A DNA stretch of 64,000 nt, taken from the IMG/VR virus record IMGVR_UViG_3300035696_000033, one strand, 5' to 3'. This document shows, piece by piece, positions 48,557 to 59,400 of the stretch. This DNA comes from an uncultured virus (IMG/VR IMGVR_UViG_3300035696_000033) (taxonomy: Duplodnaviria; Heunggongvirae; Uroviricota; Caudoviricetes). The notes under the pieces are model-generated. The model ran no database searches. It was not told the DNA's origin and worked only from the letters and a program-made list of their open reading frames with translations. The number at the start of each line of letters is the position of its first letter. Position 1 is the stretch's first letter. The translations under genes were made by a program, and so were the position numbers.

Positions 48557-50041
48557 ATGAGAACGAGAACGATCATTCTATTTCTGGCGTTTCTGACGGC
48601 GGCCGCGCCAGCGCGCGCGCTTGACCGCAGCCTGTATCCCGCCACCGCCTTCCTGGGAGACTGGCATGACAGCGGTGGCACGAACTTTTTTTCGGCCACC
48701 AACGCGGCGCAAGCGAGGGCGGCAATCAACGCGACATCCCCGACGGACGTGTTGAGCATCCTGACCGGGGCCGTTGCGGGCATCAGCGGGATCAATGGCA
48801 CCAACGCGACGATAACGGTGACGAACACGATCACCGGTGCGGCGGGAAGCCCTGCGGGGGTGGTGGATTTGGGGACGCCGACTGCGGCGGTGCTGCAATT
48901 CATAGTGCCGATGGGGCCACAAGGTTTGCCGGGGATCAACGGAACCAATGGGATTAACGGGATCAATGGGACGAACGGCACCAATGGGGCCACCGGCCCG
49001 CAGGGTCCGCAAGGCTTGCCGGGCATCAACGGGACGAACGGGGTAAACGGCATCAATGGCACCAACGGCCTGCCGGGTATTCAAGGTGTGGCCGGCCTCA
49101 ACGGAACCAACGGCGTCAACGGATTGAACGGCACCAATGGCGCCACAGGGCCGCAAGGCTTGCCGGGCATCAACGGAACGAACGGAGTGAACGGCCTCAA
49201 TGGCACCAACGGCCTGCCGGGTATTCAAGGTGTGGCCGGCCTCAACGGAACCAACGGCGTCAACGGATTGAATGGCACCAACGGCGCCACCGGACCGCAA
49301 GGGCCGCAAGGCTTGCCGGGCATCAATGGGACGAACGGGGTGAATGGGATTGACGGGATCAATGGAACGAACGGAACCAACGGTGTCAATGGCACCAATG
49401 GGATCAATGGATTGAACGGGACAAACGGTATCAATGGCCTCAACGGAACCAACGGGATCAATGGCATCAGCGCCACGGTGACGGTGACGAACACGATCAC
49501 CGGTGCGGCGGGAAGTTCCGCGGCGGTGACAAATGTGGGGACAGCGCAGGCGGTGGTGCTGCAATTCGTGGTGCCGCAAGGTTTGCCGGGAACCAACGGC
49601 CTCAATGGCACCAATGGGATGAACGGGATCAACGGCACAAACGGGATTAATGGGATCAATGGCACGAACTCTGTGGGTGTAACCAACGCCCTTGCCCGCG
49701 GACTGGCGCTGAATGGAACGAATGTAACCGTGGACCTGCAATCGTATTCCAACGCGGCGCAGGCGACATTCGCAATTGTGGCGACCACCAATCTCTACTT
49801 TTTGCCGGTGACGAATGCTCCTGCCGGATTCCAGCTTGCGATTGAGGTGCAGCAGACAGGAACAAACAATGTGAGTTTCAACACCAACACAACAGCTAAT
49901 ACTGCCGCGTGGATACCGCCGGTATTTGGTCAGTTCCTGTCGTTGCCAACGAACAGTGTGGCAAGCAGACAAATCGTTTCGGCCCAAATCAGCGCGTCGG
50001 GAACAAATTGCTACTTCAACCAAATGAATATAGTCCGATGA
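48557..50041 (+). CDS. Collagen-like protein with signal peptide (G-x-N / GTN repeats)
   Basis: MRTRTIILFLAFLTAAAPARA leader; long Gly-X-Y tract GINGTNG. Confidence 0.85.
   Translation: MRTRTIILFLAFLTAAAPARALDRSLYPATAFLGDWHDSGGTNFFSATNAAQARAAINATSPTDVLSILTGAVAGISGINGTNATITVTNTITGAAGSPAGVVDLGTPTAAVLQFIVPMGPQGLPGINGTNGINGINGTNGTNGATGPQGPQGLPGINGTNGVNGINGTNGLPGIQGVAGLNGTNGVNGLNGTNGATGPQGLPGINGTNGVNGLNGTNGLPGIQGVAGLNGTNGVNGLNGTNGATGPQGPQGLPGINGTNGVNGIDGINGTNGTNGVNGTNGINGLNGTNGINGLNGTNGINGISATVTVTNTITGAAGSSAAVTNVGTAQAVVLQFVVPQGLPGTNGLNGTNGMNGINGTNGINGINGTNSVGVTNALARGLALNGTNVTVDLQSYSNAAQATFAIVATTNLYFLPVTNAPAGFQLAIEVQQTGTNNVSFNTNTTANTAAWIPPVFGQFLSLPTNSVASRQIVSAQISASGTNCYFNQMNIVR
48914..49470 (+). 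repeat. Collagen-coding tandem repeats, including a 144-bp near-exact duplication
   Basis: AATGGCACCAACGGCCTGCCGGGTATTCAAGGTGTG.. at about 49055 and 49199. Confidence 0.85.
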
Positions 50042-50781
50042 AAAAGCTGATTCTCACACTTCTTTTTCCGATGACAATCATCGCCAGCCCGATTGGGTTT
50101 AATCAGGCTCCGATTCCAGGGCTTGTGGGTTGGTGGACGTTCAATGAAGGAAGCGGGACAAATGCCCAAGATTATTCTGGGAAAGGGAACACTGGCTGGA
50201 TGACCAACTACAACTCTACCTATGGATCGAATGCGTGGACAACTGGTGTGGTTCAATCGGCTCTGAATTTCTCTAACACAACTCCTTTTTCCAGCGTGGT
50301 AATACCAGGTTCTAGTCTTTCAGGTTCACCTTTAAGCCTTTCTAACCTTACGATTTGTGCGTGGATAAACTATCGGTCTTGGGGTGGAGGAGGTAGAGAA
50401 AAGATTGTTGATAAATCAGGAAATGCAGCTAGTGGTTATAGTTTTTACATCGGACTATCCAGAAATGCGCTTGCGTATGCTGTTGGTGGCACTGCTTGGG
50501 AAACTGCACCACCAACACTATTGTCGAATACTTGGATTTATGCTTCGCTTTGCGTGACGAATACGACTATCACATTTTACACCAATGGAGTGTTATACTA
50601 TTCTTTAAGCGGGATAAATCCCACAACTCTCAATACCTTCCCAGTCGTTATAGGTGGACGACAAGACGGCGCAAGATCGTTTGATGGCCTAATAGACGAT
50701 GTTCGCATCTACAACCGCGCCTTGACACCTTACGAAGTTCAAGAGCTTTACAACGGCGGCTACGGGAGACAATTGCCATAA
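50038..50781 (+). CDS. Secreted LamG/concanavalin-like lectin domain protein
   Basis: GLVGWWTFNEGSG..DYSG, LTICAWIN, FDGLIDDVRIYNRALT; hydrophobic leader; low GC. Confidence 0.85.
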   Translation: MKKLILTLLFPMTIIASPIGFNQAPIPGLVGWWTFNEGSGTNAQDYSGKGNTGWMTNYNSTYGSNAWTTGVVQSALNFSNTTPFSSVVIPGSSLSGSPLSLSNLTICAWINYRSWGGGGREKIVDKSGNAASGYSFYIGLSRNALAYAVGGTAWETAPPTLLSNTWIYASLCVTNTTITFYTNGVLYYSLSGINPTTLNTFPVVIGGRQDGARSFDGLIDDVRIYNRALTPYEVQELYNGGYGRQLP

Positions 50782-50827
50782 GACATTTTAATTTGCTGTG
50801 ATGCGGGACATGAACTGAAAAGGAAAA

Positions 50828-51319
50828 ATGAAAAACGAAAACAAGACTGAAATCAAGACGGTGAAGATCGCCAGCTTTGACGAGCTGACGGCACGCATTG
50901 AGAAGCCGCTCCGCTGCGTGTTCAAACTGGACGGCGACCTGATCGAACTCCCGGTGAGGCGGCTCCCGCCGCTGCTGGCCGAGCGCGTGCGCCGGCTGCG
51001 CCGGGGCGTGACGCCGCCGTTCAAAAGGGAGCGCGGACCGAACGGCGACTACGACCCGATGGACGTGAAATACCTGGAGCAGCGGGACGCGATGGAGGCC
51101 AGGGTGCGCGCGCTGATCGTGTATTCCTGCTGCCCCCTCATCGCCGGGAAGAAGCCGGGCCTGACGGACGAGGGCGAGATCCTGGCGTTCGTGCAGGGGG
51201 TGCTGTCGGAAAACATCCTCGACCTGATCATGCTGACGGCGCAGGCCGGCGGCCTGAACCTGGATGAGGAGGTGCAGCGGCGCGCAAATTTTATCTCCAC
51301 GCCCGGCTCGGAAAATTAG
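50828..51319 (+). CDS. Tail assembly chaperone (gpG-like)
   Basis: Upstream of tape measure; slippery A AAT TTT at 51286-51292. Confidence 0.7.
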   Translation: MKNENKTEIKTVKIASFDELTARIEKPLRCVFKLDGDLIELPVRRLPPLLAERVRRLRRGVTPPFKRERGPNGDYDPMDVKYLEQRDAMEARVRALIVYSCCPLIAGKKPGLTDEGEILAFVQGVLSENILDLIMLTAQAGGLNLDEEVQRRANFISTPGSEN

Positions 51320-51606
51320 CCGGGTGGAAACCCCGGCGCCGGCCGGACGAGGCGCCGGATGCGCCGGGGTATGACGCGGAGTTCCTCGCGCTGCGGACGG
51401 CCAAGGCGTGGGGGTTGACGCCCGCCCAGTGGCGGGAGGCGGACGCGGACGACCGGGCCATGATGACGGCCTTTGAACTGTTTGAGGGCACGTGCGAGAG
51501 CTACCGCGAACAGTGGAGCCGGGATTATCATGAGAAAAAAGGCAAGACCGGACGAAGCGGCGCGAACGAGTTCAGCCAGATGAAGAAAGAGATGGGGCTG
51601 GAATGA
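51286..51606 (+). CDS. -1 frameshift extension of the tail assembly chaperone (gpGT-like)
   Basis: The -1 frame is open from 51286 to 51606 (..AKAWGLTPAQWREADADDRAMM..). Confidence 0.75.
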   Translation, partial: KFYLHARLGKLAGWKPRRRPDEAPDAPGYDAEFLALRTAKAWGLTPAQWREADADDRAMMTAFELFEGTCESYREQWSRDYHEKKGKTGRSGANEFSQMKKEMGLE

Positions 51607-51652
51607 AGCGCGGAGTGCGGAGTGCGGAGTGCGGATTAAAACCGGAAACAAT

Positions 51653-54600
51653 ATGGTTGAAGGCAATACATTGACGGAGCGGATCAGTTTCGATGTGACC
51701 GCCCCCTACTCGGCGGCGAAGCTGAAAGGCATCACCGAGGCGACGGCGCGCCTGGAGCGGATGCAGGTGGTTTGGAACCGGCTGCAAGGCTCGATGACGG
51801 CGATGTCCGCGCCGGTGGTGATCCAGAAATCCATGCAGGACGTGCTTTCCAGCATGGAGAAGGCGGGTGGACGCGCGTATGGATTGAAGGGGATCAGCCT
51901 CAAGCCGGAGGCGCTGGCCAAGCAACTGGTGCTGCCGGTGCAGCAGTTCCAGAATTATCTCCAACAGGCATTGCTTGGGGGATCGAGCAGGGAACTCAAG
52001 GCCATCCAGACAAAGGCGCGCCGGGCGTTTGACGCCGGCAAGGGAGAGTTCCGGTCCGCGCGATCGGCGGCGGAATGGGTCAGCTATTACACCAAGCAGT
52101 ATCCCAAGGCGGCGAATCCGTATGAGGTGATGCAGAAGATATTCGGGACGGGTGCGGGATCACCGGTTGCGGGCGTTCCAACCATTGTCGCGCAGAATTT
52201 CGGGCAGCGGATGGCGGCGGCGAGAAAGGCGAAGGCGGAAAGCGGAAAGCAGAAGGCGGAAGCGGAGCCCGCGGAAAAGGAACCCGCCAGCAAGGCGAAG
52301 GCGTTTTCCCAAAAGCTGGCGCAGATCAAGCGCGACCTGGCGGAAGACCTGTTGAAGTCGCAGGGGCTGGCGACCGGCGACAACGCGTCGCTGGGCCGGT
52401 CGGCCGAGGCGGAGATTCGCGCGCGGCAGAGGGCGGCAAAACAGGTGCGGGGTCTGGTGGGGGGGGACACGGAGTCGAAGCAGGCCAATGACGCGCTCGC
52501 GTATGCCGCCAAGCAGGAGCAGCAGGGCATCACCCTCGCGCAGCAGCAGTCGTTGCGGCAGGGTGAAAACCTGGCGGCGACCCGCACCGCGCTGAACCGG
52601 GCCAAGGAGGCGGGCGACAAGGCGGAACAGAAGCGGCTGCAGCGCGAGGTCGTCGCCTACGAGCGGCAGCGGGCCAATTTCCAGCGGATGGAGGCCGCAA
52701 GCCGGGGCGCGCCGGGGATAGAACAGCAGGCGGCGCTGGCGGCGGAGGACGTGCGGACGAACGAGCGGCTGGAGAAGGAGCGCCAGGTGAAGGAGAGCCA
52801 CGCCAACGCGCGGAAATACGCGGAGGAATTGAAGGCGAAGGGGGCGATGCAGGTGGGCGGACGGCTGCCGGGCGGACGGAAGCCGGAGCAGCAGATTTTT
52901 GAATGGGACGAGGGGGGGCTGCGGCGGCAGGCGACCATCAATTATGGCGGCGAAGGGGCGGATGTTTCCCACCGCAACCTGCGGCCGGAGAAGGCGGCGC
53001 AAACCCGGTGGCAATCGGCGGTGGCGGGGATGAGCCTGCCCAACATGGCGGCGAACGTTTTGAAGGTGACGGAATGGGCTGCGGCGGTGGCGGTGCTTTA
53101 CAAGAGCGTGGAGCTGCTGCGCTACAGCCTCAAGCGGATGGAGGACACGGGCATGGAAATGGCGCACCTGTCCATCGTGTTCCGGGGCGTGGGCGGCAGC
53201 GTGGCCGAGCTGACGAGCGACATGATCAAGCTGGCGTCGGCGCAGGGGCGGAGCACCAGCGAGACCATGGAAAGCGCCATTGCGTGGTCTCGTCTTGGTG
53301 GCGACCGGAAGGCCATCAATGAAGAGGTGCGCCTGTCCGCGCTGGCGGCGAACATTGCCCAGATCAGCATGGTTGAGAGCACCAAACAATTACAATCGCT
53401 AAGCCATATCTATGGGCTGGATGTTGCCGGACTCTCAACCGCGCTGGGGGGCCTGGTGAACACCAGTTTGAAATACAACGTCACCCTCGATGAAATGTTT
53501 GTGGGGCTGGACCGGTCGGCGGCGGCGGCGAAGGTGGCGGGCATAAGCTTGAGCGAACTCCAGGCAATGATCGGGGTGGTGGTGGGCGCGACGGGGCAGA
53601 CCGGGAGCATGACCGGCAACTCCCTGAAATACATATTTCAGGAAATCAACAAGCCAGAAGTGCAGCGGCAACTGCGCGGTTACGGGGTTGAGGCGCGCGG
53701 CAACAATCTGGAGATGAAGCCGGGCGGCCAGATCTTGTCCGAACTGTCCGGCCAATGGGGAACGCTGGGCAGCCACGCGCAGCAGTCGTTGAGCGGGCTG
53801 CTGGGAGGACGGTTCAACGCGGCGCGCGTGCCGATTGTGCTGCAGGATTATCCGCGGATTTTGCAACTGGCCATTGACGCGCAACTGAACCTGAACAAGG
53901 CGCAGGAAACGAACGTGAAAATCCTAGACACCCTGCACGCGCAACTGGAAGGCATCCATGCGGAATGGGACCGGCTGGTGATGAGCTCGCAGGTGATGGG
54001 GCCGTTGAGCATGGCGGCGCGCACGGGAAAAAACCTGCTGGGCGCGACGGCGGACGCGGTGACCAGCGGGAAGCCGGCGCAGACCATGGAACAGTGGCGC
54101 GACACTGTGGAAGGTTATCTTTCGCAAAAAAAGAACGCGGCCGGCCTGTGGCTGCGGGCGGGGTGGAGCACTTTGAGCAACATTGGAAACCTTGGCGGTC
54201 TTATGGGTTCAACCAGCGGGACGCCGGGCTTGTTTGACATCTTTAATTATTCGCGGCTGACATCGGATGAAAAATCGGCGGGTCGAGGGGGAGGGATAGA
54301 CGCACTCATCACCAATTTTACCAGCAAGTCGGAGGTGGCATCACAGCGCCAGACCGCGCTGGCGCTGGCCATGACCACCCTGCGAAACGGCACCATGACC
54401 AACGAGAGCGCGGGAAGCTTTGCCGGCATCATTCAAAAAATGCAGGGCGGCGAGGCTGGCGCAAAAAAATTCATGGCAGCCTACCAGTCCCATGATTTTG
54501 AGGGCGCAAGCACGGTGTTGAACCAATTTCAGCACCAGGCGACCCAAGATGAATTGGAGGCCAAGGGAAGGGCGGCAGCGGCCGCGCAAAAACAGCAGAT

Positions 54601-55933
54601 GGACTGGCAGACCGCGAAAGACGAATTGGTAGCCGAACGCAACGGGCTTGGCCCCGGGGCCAAGCACGATGATTTGAACAAGCAGATTGACGATCTCAAC
54701 AGCCAGATGTCGCTTGGCAAGGAGCGCGCCGACGCCCTCTCCGCAGCCTATCAAAATCTGGCGGGCGACACGGATGATGTCTCCCGAGCCATGTCGGTCT
54801 TTGGCGGCCAGATGAAGGGACAGGAGGCGGTCGCCTCTCAAATTGAACAGTGGTTCAACATGGTGGCCGCCGTGAACCCGCTTCAGGCGTTAAGCCGAGA
54901 ACTGGCGGTGGCCTCGACGCAACTGGATTACTGGCAGCAACGGAAGAAAGAAAACGACAACAACACGCCCTTCGGCCCGTTGTCACAAGAACAACAAGGA
55001 TTAAGAACCTTCTACAACGATCAAGTATTGAAGGCGGAGCAGGCGGTTCAGGCGGCGAACGATCCAGTGCGCAACCAGATGGCGCAAAAGCTGATGGAAC
55101 AGCAGTCTGGCGGCCGGGGCGCACAAAACTTCGCGACGGCGAATGATTATGGAATTGATGCGGCGGCGAAAGCATTGAGCCAGCTGCACGCCCTGCAGGC
55201 CGACCGGGATCAAACATTGAAACAGCTTCAGCAGCAGCCCGGCAACGCGGAATTGAATGGCCGATTGCAGCAGGAAGATGCGGACATCTGGCAGAGGAAG
55301 CTGGATCTGGCCAGGCGGTTTGCCGAGGTGAACCGCGACATCAAGCAACTGGCGATTGACCAGAACAAGGAGTTCATGCGGTCGTTCTACGGCGACGGGC
55401 CAGCGCAGATGCTGCAAAAACTTGCGGCGTTCCGTATGGCCTTCAACGGGGACGGCTCGCCCCGTTCGCCCTTGAGCCAGGGCGCTTTCTTTGGCTTATC
55501 GCCGGGGATGCGGCAGGACTACGGCCAGCTCAACCCGCAATACAACCCGCAGATGATCGAGCTTCAGAACGAGAGGAACCGGATCATCCGAGCCCAGAAT
55601 GAGTGGAAGAACCCCACATCTCCCGGGAGTTCCCCGGGGCCGGGAACCGGATTGTATTCCGCAAAACCGATTGACGACGCGACGGTGGCGGCGGCGGCGA
55701 GCATCCATGCCTCCGGCACGTCGCTGGGGCGTGCGTTGGAGTGGGTGGGACAGCACATCAAAGACGTGGTGCAGGACGCGCTTGGTTCAAGGGGGCAATC
55801 CGCGAAAGGCGTGGTGACTGGCGGCCAACTTCCGAAGAACCCGCAATCCGGAGGCGTGGGGGGGGCAAATGGATTTGCTGCGCCGAACTACTCCACGTTT
55901 GATTATCACACAGGAACACTAGTTCCCCATTAA
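51653..55933 (+). CDS. Tape measure protein
   Basis: About 1426 aa, Ala/Gln-rich; TP901-type core (MAHLSIVF..AWSRLG..TGNSLKYIF). Confidence 0.85.
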   Translation: MVEGNTLTERISFDVTAPYSAAKLKGITEATARLERMQVVWNRLQGSMTAMSAPVVIQKSMQDVLSSMEKAGGRAYGLKGISLKPEALAKQLVLPVQQFQNYLQQALLGGSSRELKAIQTKARRAFDAGKGEFRSARSAAEWVSYYTKQYPKAANPYEVMQKIFGTGAGSPVAGVPTIVAQNFGQRMAAARKAKAESGKQKAEAEPAEKEPASKAKAFSQKLAQIKRDLAEDLLKSQGLATGDNASLGRSAEAEIRARQRAAKQVRGLVGGDTESKQANDALAYAAKQEQQGITLAQQQSLRQGENLAATRTALNRAKEAGDKAEQKRLQREVVAYERQRANFQRMEAASRGAPGIEQQAALAAEDVRTNERLEKERQVKESHANARKYAEELKAKGAMQVGGRLPGGRKPEQQIFEWDEGGLRRQATINYGGEGADVSHRNLRPEKAAQTRWQSAVAGMSLPNMAANVLKVTEWAAAVAVLYKSVELLRYSLKRMEDTGMEMAHLSIVFRGVGGSVAELTSDMIKLASAQGRSTSETMESAIAWSRLGGDRKAINEEVRLSALAANIAQISMVESTKQLQSLSHIYGLDVAGLSTALGGLVNTSLKYNVTLDEMFVGLDRSAAAAKVAGISLSELQAMIGVVVGATGQTGSMTGNSLKYIFQEINKPEVQRQLRGYGVEARGNNLEMKPGGQILSELSGQWGTLGSHAQQSLSGLLGGRFNAARVPIVLQDYPRILQLAIDAQLNLNKAQETNVKILDTLHAQLEGIHAEWDRLVMSSQVMGPLSMAARTGKNLLGATADAVTSGKPAQTMEQWRDTVEGYLSQKKNAAGLWLRAGWSTLSNIGNLGGLMGSTSGTPGLFDIFNYSRLTSDEKSAGRGGGIDALITNFTSKSEVASQRQTALALAMTTLRNGTMTNESAGSFAGIIQKMQGGEAGAKKFMAAYQSHDFEGASTVLNQFQHQATQDELEAKGRAAAAAQKQQMDWQTAKDELVAERNGLGPGAKHDDLNKQIDDLNSQMSLGKERADALSAAYQNLAGDTDDVSRAMSVFGGQMKGQEAVASQIEQWFNMVAAVNPLQALSRELAVASTQLDYWQQRKKENDNNTPFGPLSQEQQGLRTFYNDQVLKAEQAVQAANDPVRNQMAQKLMEQQSGGRGAQNFATANDYGIDAAAKALSQLHALQADRDQTLKQLQQQPGNAELNGRLQQEDADIWQRKLDLARRFAEVNRDIKQLAIDQNKEFMRSFYGDGPAQMLQKLAAFRMAFNGDGSPRSPLSQGAFFGLSPGMRQDYGQLNPQYNPQMIELQNERNRIIRAQNEWKNPTSPGSSPGPGTGLYSAKPIDDATVAAAASIHASGTSLGRALEWVGQHIKDVVQDALGSRGQSAKGVVTGGQLPKNPQSGGVGGANGFAAPNYSTFDYHTGTLVPH

Positions 55934-56139
55934 GGCGGAAGCATTGATAGAACATGATTCAGAATGACGCAGGCACCGATGACAAGCCACATAACAGCCG
56001 CGAAGTAAAAAACCACCGGAATTTTTAATTTGACCGGTTCGCTGTCATACGGTTCGCCACAGTGAGGGCAGGCGTGGGCGTCGCTGCTGATCTGTTCACG
56101 GCAGGCTTTGCATTGCAAAAGGTTTCGTGTGGTTTCCAT
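55930..56139 (-). CDS. Small Zn-ribbon membrane protein (moron-like)
   Basis: CKACREQIS..ACPHCGEP plus C-terminal TM; antisense to the tail operon. Confidence 0.65.
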   Translation of the reverse strand: METTRNLLQCKACREQISSDAHACPHCGEPYDSEPVKLKIPVVFYFAAVMWLVIGACVILNHVLSMLPP

Positions 56140-56262
56140 GAGGCTTCTTTAATCTATTACGCCGGCATGTGCAAGCCAACAACCAGCCATTCAAACTGGC
56201 CGGATCCCTCATCGGTCAGGTTGGCCGGATAATTCAGGGATTTAATTAGCCTTCGGATTTTG

Positions 56263-56301
56263 AGCAACGTTCCCCGGAATAAAACCGAACGGGGGTAGAC
56301 T
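56263..56301 (+). promoter_or_regulatory. Phage late-promoter motif copy 5
   Basis: AGCAACGTTCCCCGGAATAAAACCGAACGGGGGTAGACT. Confidence 0.8.
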
Positions 56302-56410
56302 CATATCAAGTGCGGATTGTGGAGTGCGGAGTGCGGAATTAGAAAGCCCGACCCAACCCGATCAAGTGCGGATTGCGGAATAAAGCCCAGTCTGCATTCC
56401 TGAACGAATT

Positions 56411-59400
56411 ATGAAATTGATCTATAACAGTTTTGACCTGTCGAGCATCGGCGAGATCGCGGTGAAATGGAACCGGACCTACGAGGGCGGCAATGACGCG
56501 CCGCAGCGCTGCCGGGTGACGGTGGATTGCAGCGTCAAGGTGTTTGAGCGGTCTTATGGCGACAACTACTCGCTGCTGCGCCAGGCGCAGGCGGCGGTGA
56601 TGGCGCCGAACCAGCAACTGACGTGGACGAACGACGAGACGGGCGAGAGCTACATTGACCAGACGGCCGCGCTCACGCGCCAGAATTTCCCGGAGGAATG
56701 GGGCACCTATTTCCAGCAGCTTGAACTGTCGTTCCAATACTGCGAGAACCTGGACACGTCGGCGCAGAACCTGCTCTGCACATTCACCAAGACGGGTTCG
56801 ACCACCCCGCTCCAGTTCGACAACATCACCAAATGGGCGGAGAGCGCCAGCACGAAACGGTTCTCCACGCTGCGGAGCCAGCGGGAGCAGGTGACGGGGC
56901 AGTTGACGGTGGAAGGGCTGCTGCTGGGCGACACGACGCTGCCGCTGGCGGCGCGGCGGGCGGGTCTGGCGCAACTGGTCGCGACCTTCCGCCGCGAACT
57001 CAACGCCGCCGACGGCAACCTCACCTACGGAGTGCAGGGATCAACGGCCACCCCCACCCCGATGTTCCAAAACGTGGTGCGCATCACATCGTTCGAGGCG
57101 GCGGTGGACCAGTCCATCTGCGCGGTGCCGTTCAAGTTCACCGCGGACTACACGCTGTTCCCGGATGAGACGAACTACGCGACGGTGACGGCGACGGCGG
57201 CGGTGAGGGACCCGCAGACGGGCGAGCTGTTCCTGAACATCAGCGGCAGGATCGAGTCGGCGACGGAGGCGCTGGCGCGCACCAAGCTGGCGGCGGTGGT
57301 CGCCGCGCTCCTGAAAAGCCACGGGTTTGACAAGGGGCAGAAGCTGGAATTCAGCGCGACGCCCAACCTGATCTCGGCCAACGCGGACGGCGACACGTTC
57401 ACCGAGCTTTCGTTCACCGGCCAGTGGCGCAAGTGGCGCGCCGGAAACTTCGCGGCGTCCTTCACGCCACCGTCGCCTTCCGGCGGGGCGTTGGAACCGA
57501 TTTCGTTTGGACAGGTCTCGACATGGGAGGAGGGGATCAAGTCCGAGCGGTTTGACCCGATGCGCCCGCAACGGCGGCGCACGGTGGACACCATCACCGC
57601 GACCGGCGTGTTCGTGGGCGACGCGGGGCTGGCGCTGGCCGACCGCAAGAAGCAACTGCTCGCGCGGCAGCGGGCAATGACGGCCGCGTGCAACAACCCG
57701 CAAGGGGTGCTGCAATACGCGGACTGGAGCCAGACCGTGCGCGTGGAGAGTTTCAACGCGAAGATCAACCAGGCCGAGACGGGCATTGAATGGACGCTGT
57801 CGGCCTATTACAACGCCTTTCCGGACGAGGCGGGCTACACGACGGTGGAGGCGACCGCCGAGGAAAAGGACGGCATGACGGGCGAGATGTTCCTGACATG
57901 CGGCGGGAAGATCCAGGCGGCGAGCGAGGCGGCGGCGCGCACCAAGCTGGGGATTGTCATCACCACATTCCTTGCGCAATACGGCTACACGGGGAGCAGC
58001 GCGCAGAAGATACAATTTGACACGACGCCCAACCTGATTTCCGCCAATGCGGACGGCGACACGTTCACCGAGCTTTCATTCAGCGGCCAGTGGCGCCGCT
58101 GGAAATCCAGCAACCAGCGGGCGGTGTTCACACAGACGGGGCACAAGACGCCGGTGGCGCTGGGCAACGTGCGGACCTGGGATGACGGCTACCGCGCCGA
58201 ACGCTTTGACGTGCAGCGCAGCGAGCGGCGGCACGCGACGGGGATGGTGTCGGCCGCCGGCACGTTCTCGGTGGATCCCACGATGGCGATCGCCGACCGG
58301 CGGGCGGCCCTGTTGAAGCAGCAGCGGGCGTTGAAGGCGGAGGTGAACGCGGCGGACGGGACGCTGACGTATGGCGACTGGAGCCAGGTGGTGCGGGTTG
58401 AGGAGTTCAACGCCAAGATCAACCAGGCGGAGACGGGCGTGGACTGGAGCTTCACGGCCAGCTACTCGCTGTTCCCGAACGAGGGCGGCTATGTGACGTG
58501 CGAGTTCAGCGCCGAGGAAAAGGACGACGTGGAGACGGGCGACCAGTTCCTGACGTTTGCGGGGAACATTTCCGCGCCCAACGGATCGCTGGCCCGCGCC
58601 AAGCTCGACTCGCTGCGCGCGGCGACCCTGGGCATTTACGGTTTTACCGCGACGCAGCGCGTGCGCGGCGGCAACGCGACCCATGAAGTTTCCGCCAACG
58701 GCGACCAGACCGCCGGCGTCCCGGAAGGGATTGAGACGCAGGGAGACGCCACGGGCGTGTCGTTCATCCAACTGTCGTTCTCCGAGGAATACCGCCGCCG
58801 GACGCCGGGGACGGTGGTGAGCAGCAAATACCAGATTGCCTCGCGCGACGACACGGCAAGCGGGCTGGTGCTGACGACCTACTCCGGCAGCGTGACGGCA
58901 ACGGGCGCGACGGCGGACGCGGCGCTGGCGGCGGCGGCGGTGCAGGCGCTGCTGCTGGGCGCGAACAAGCAGGGGGCGATTGACAGCACGGCGTTTCTCA
59001 AGAGCCAGCAATGGACGATTGAACGGCGGCAGTTGACCGGCGCAAACCCGGATGAGTTTGTGGCGCTGGCGTTCAGCTACGAATACCAGAGCAAGATGGC
59101 GCCGGGGCGTTCCTATGTGGAGGCGAACACGGCCGCGGCGACCGACGCTTTCGGGCCGGATTCGCAGAACGTCAGCGGTTTTGTGGTGGCGCGCGACGAG
59201 GCCACGGCCACGGCCGTCTATCTGCAGCAGGTGCGCGCGCCCTATGCCGGGATGCTGATCCGCAACGAGACGACGACGTTTCAGCGCGTGCTGGCGGAAG
59301 CGGCGACCGCGACGCCGGCGGTTTACCAGGTGGTGGGATTGGACGGGGCCAACATCCCGCAGAATCCGCAGCCGGGAACGGGCTACACGGCGCAGATGTT

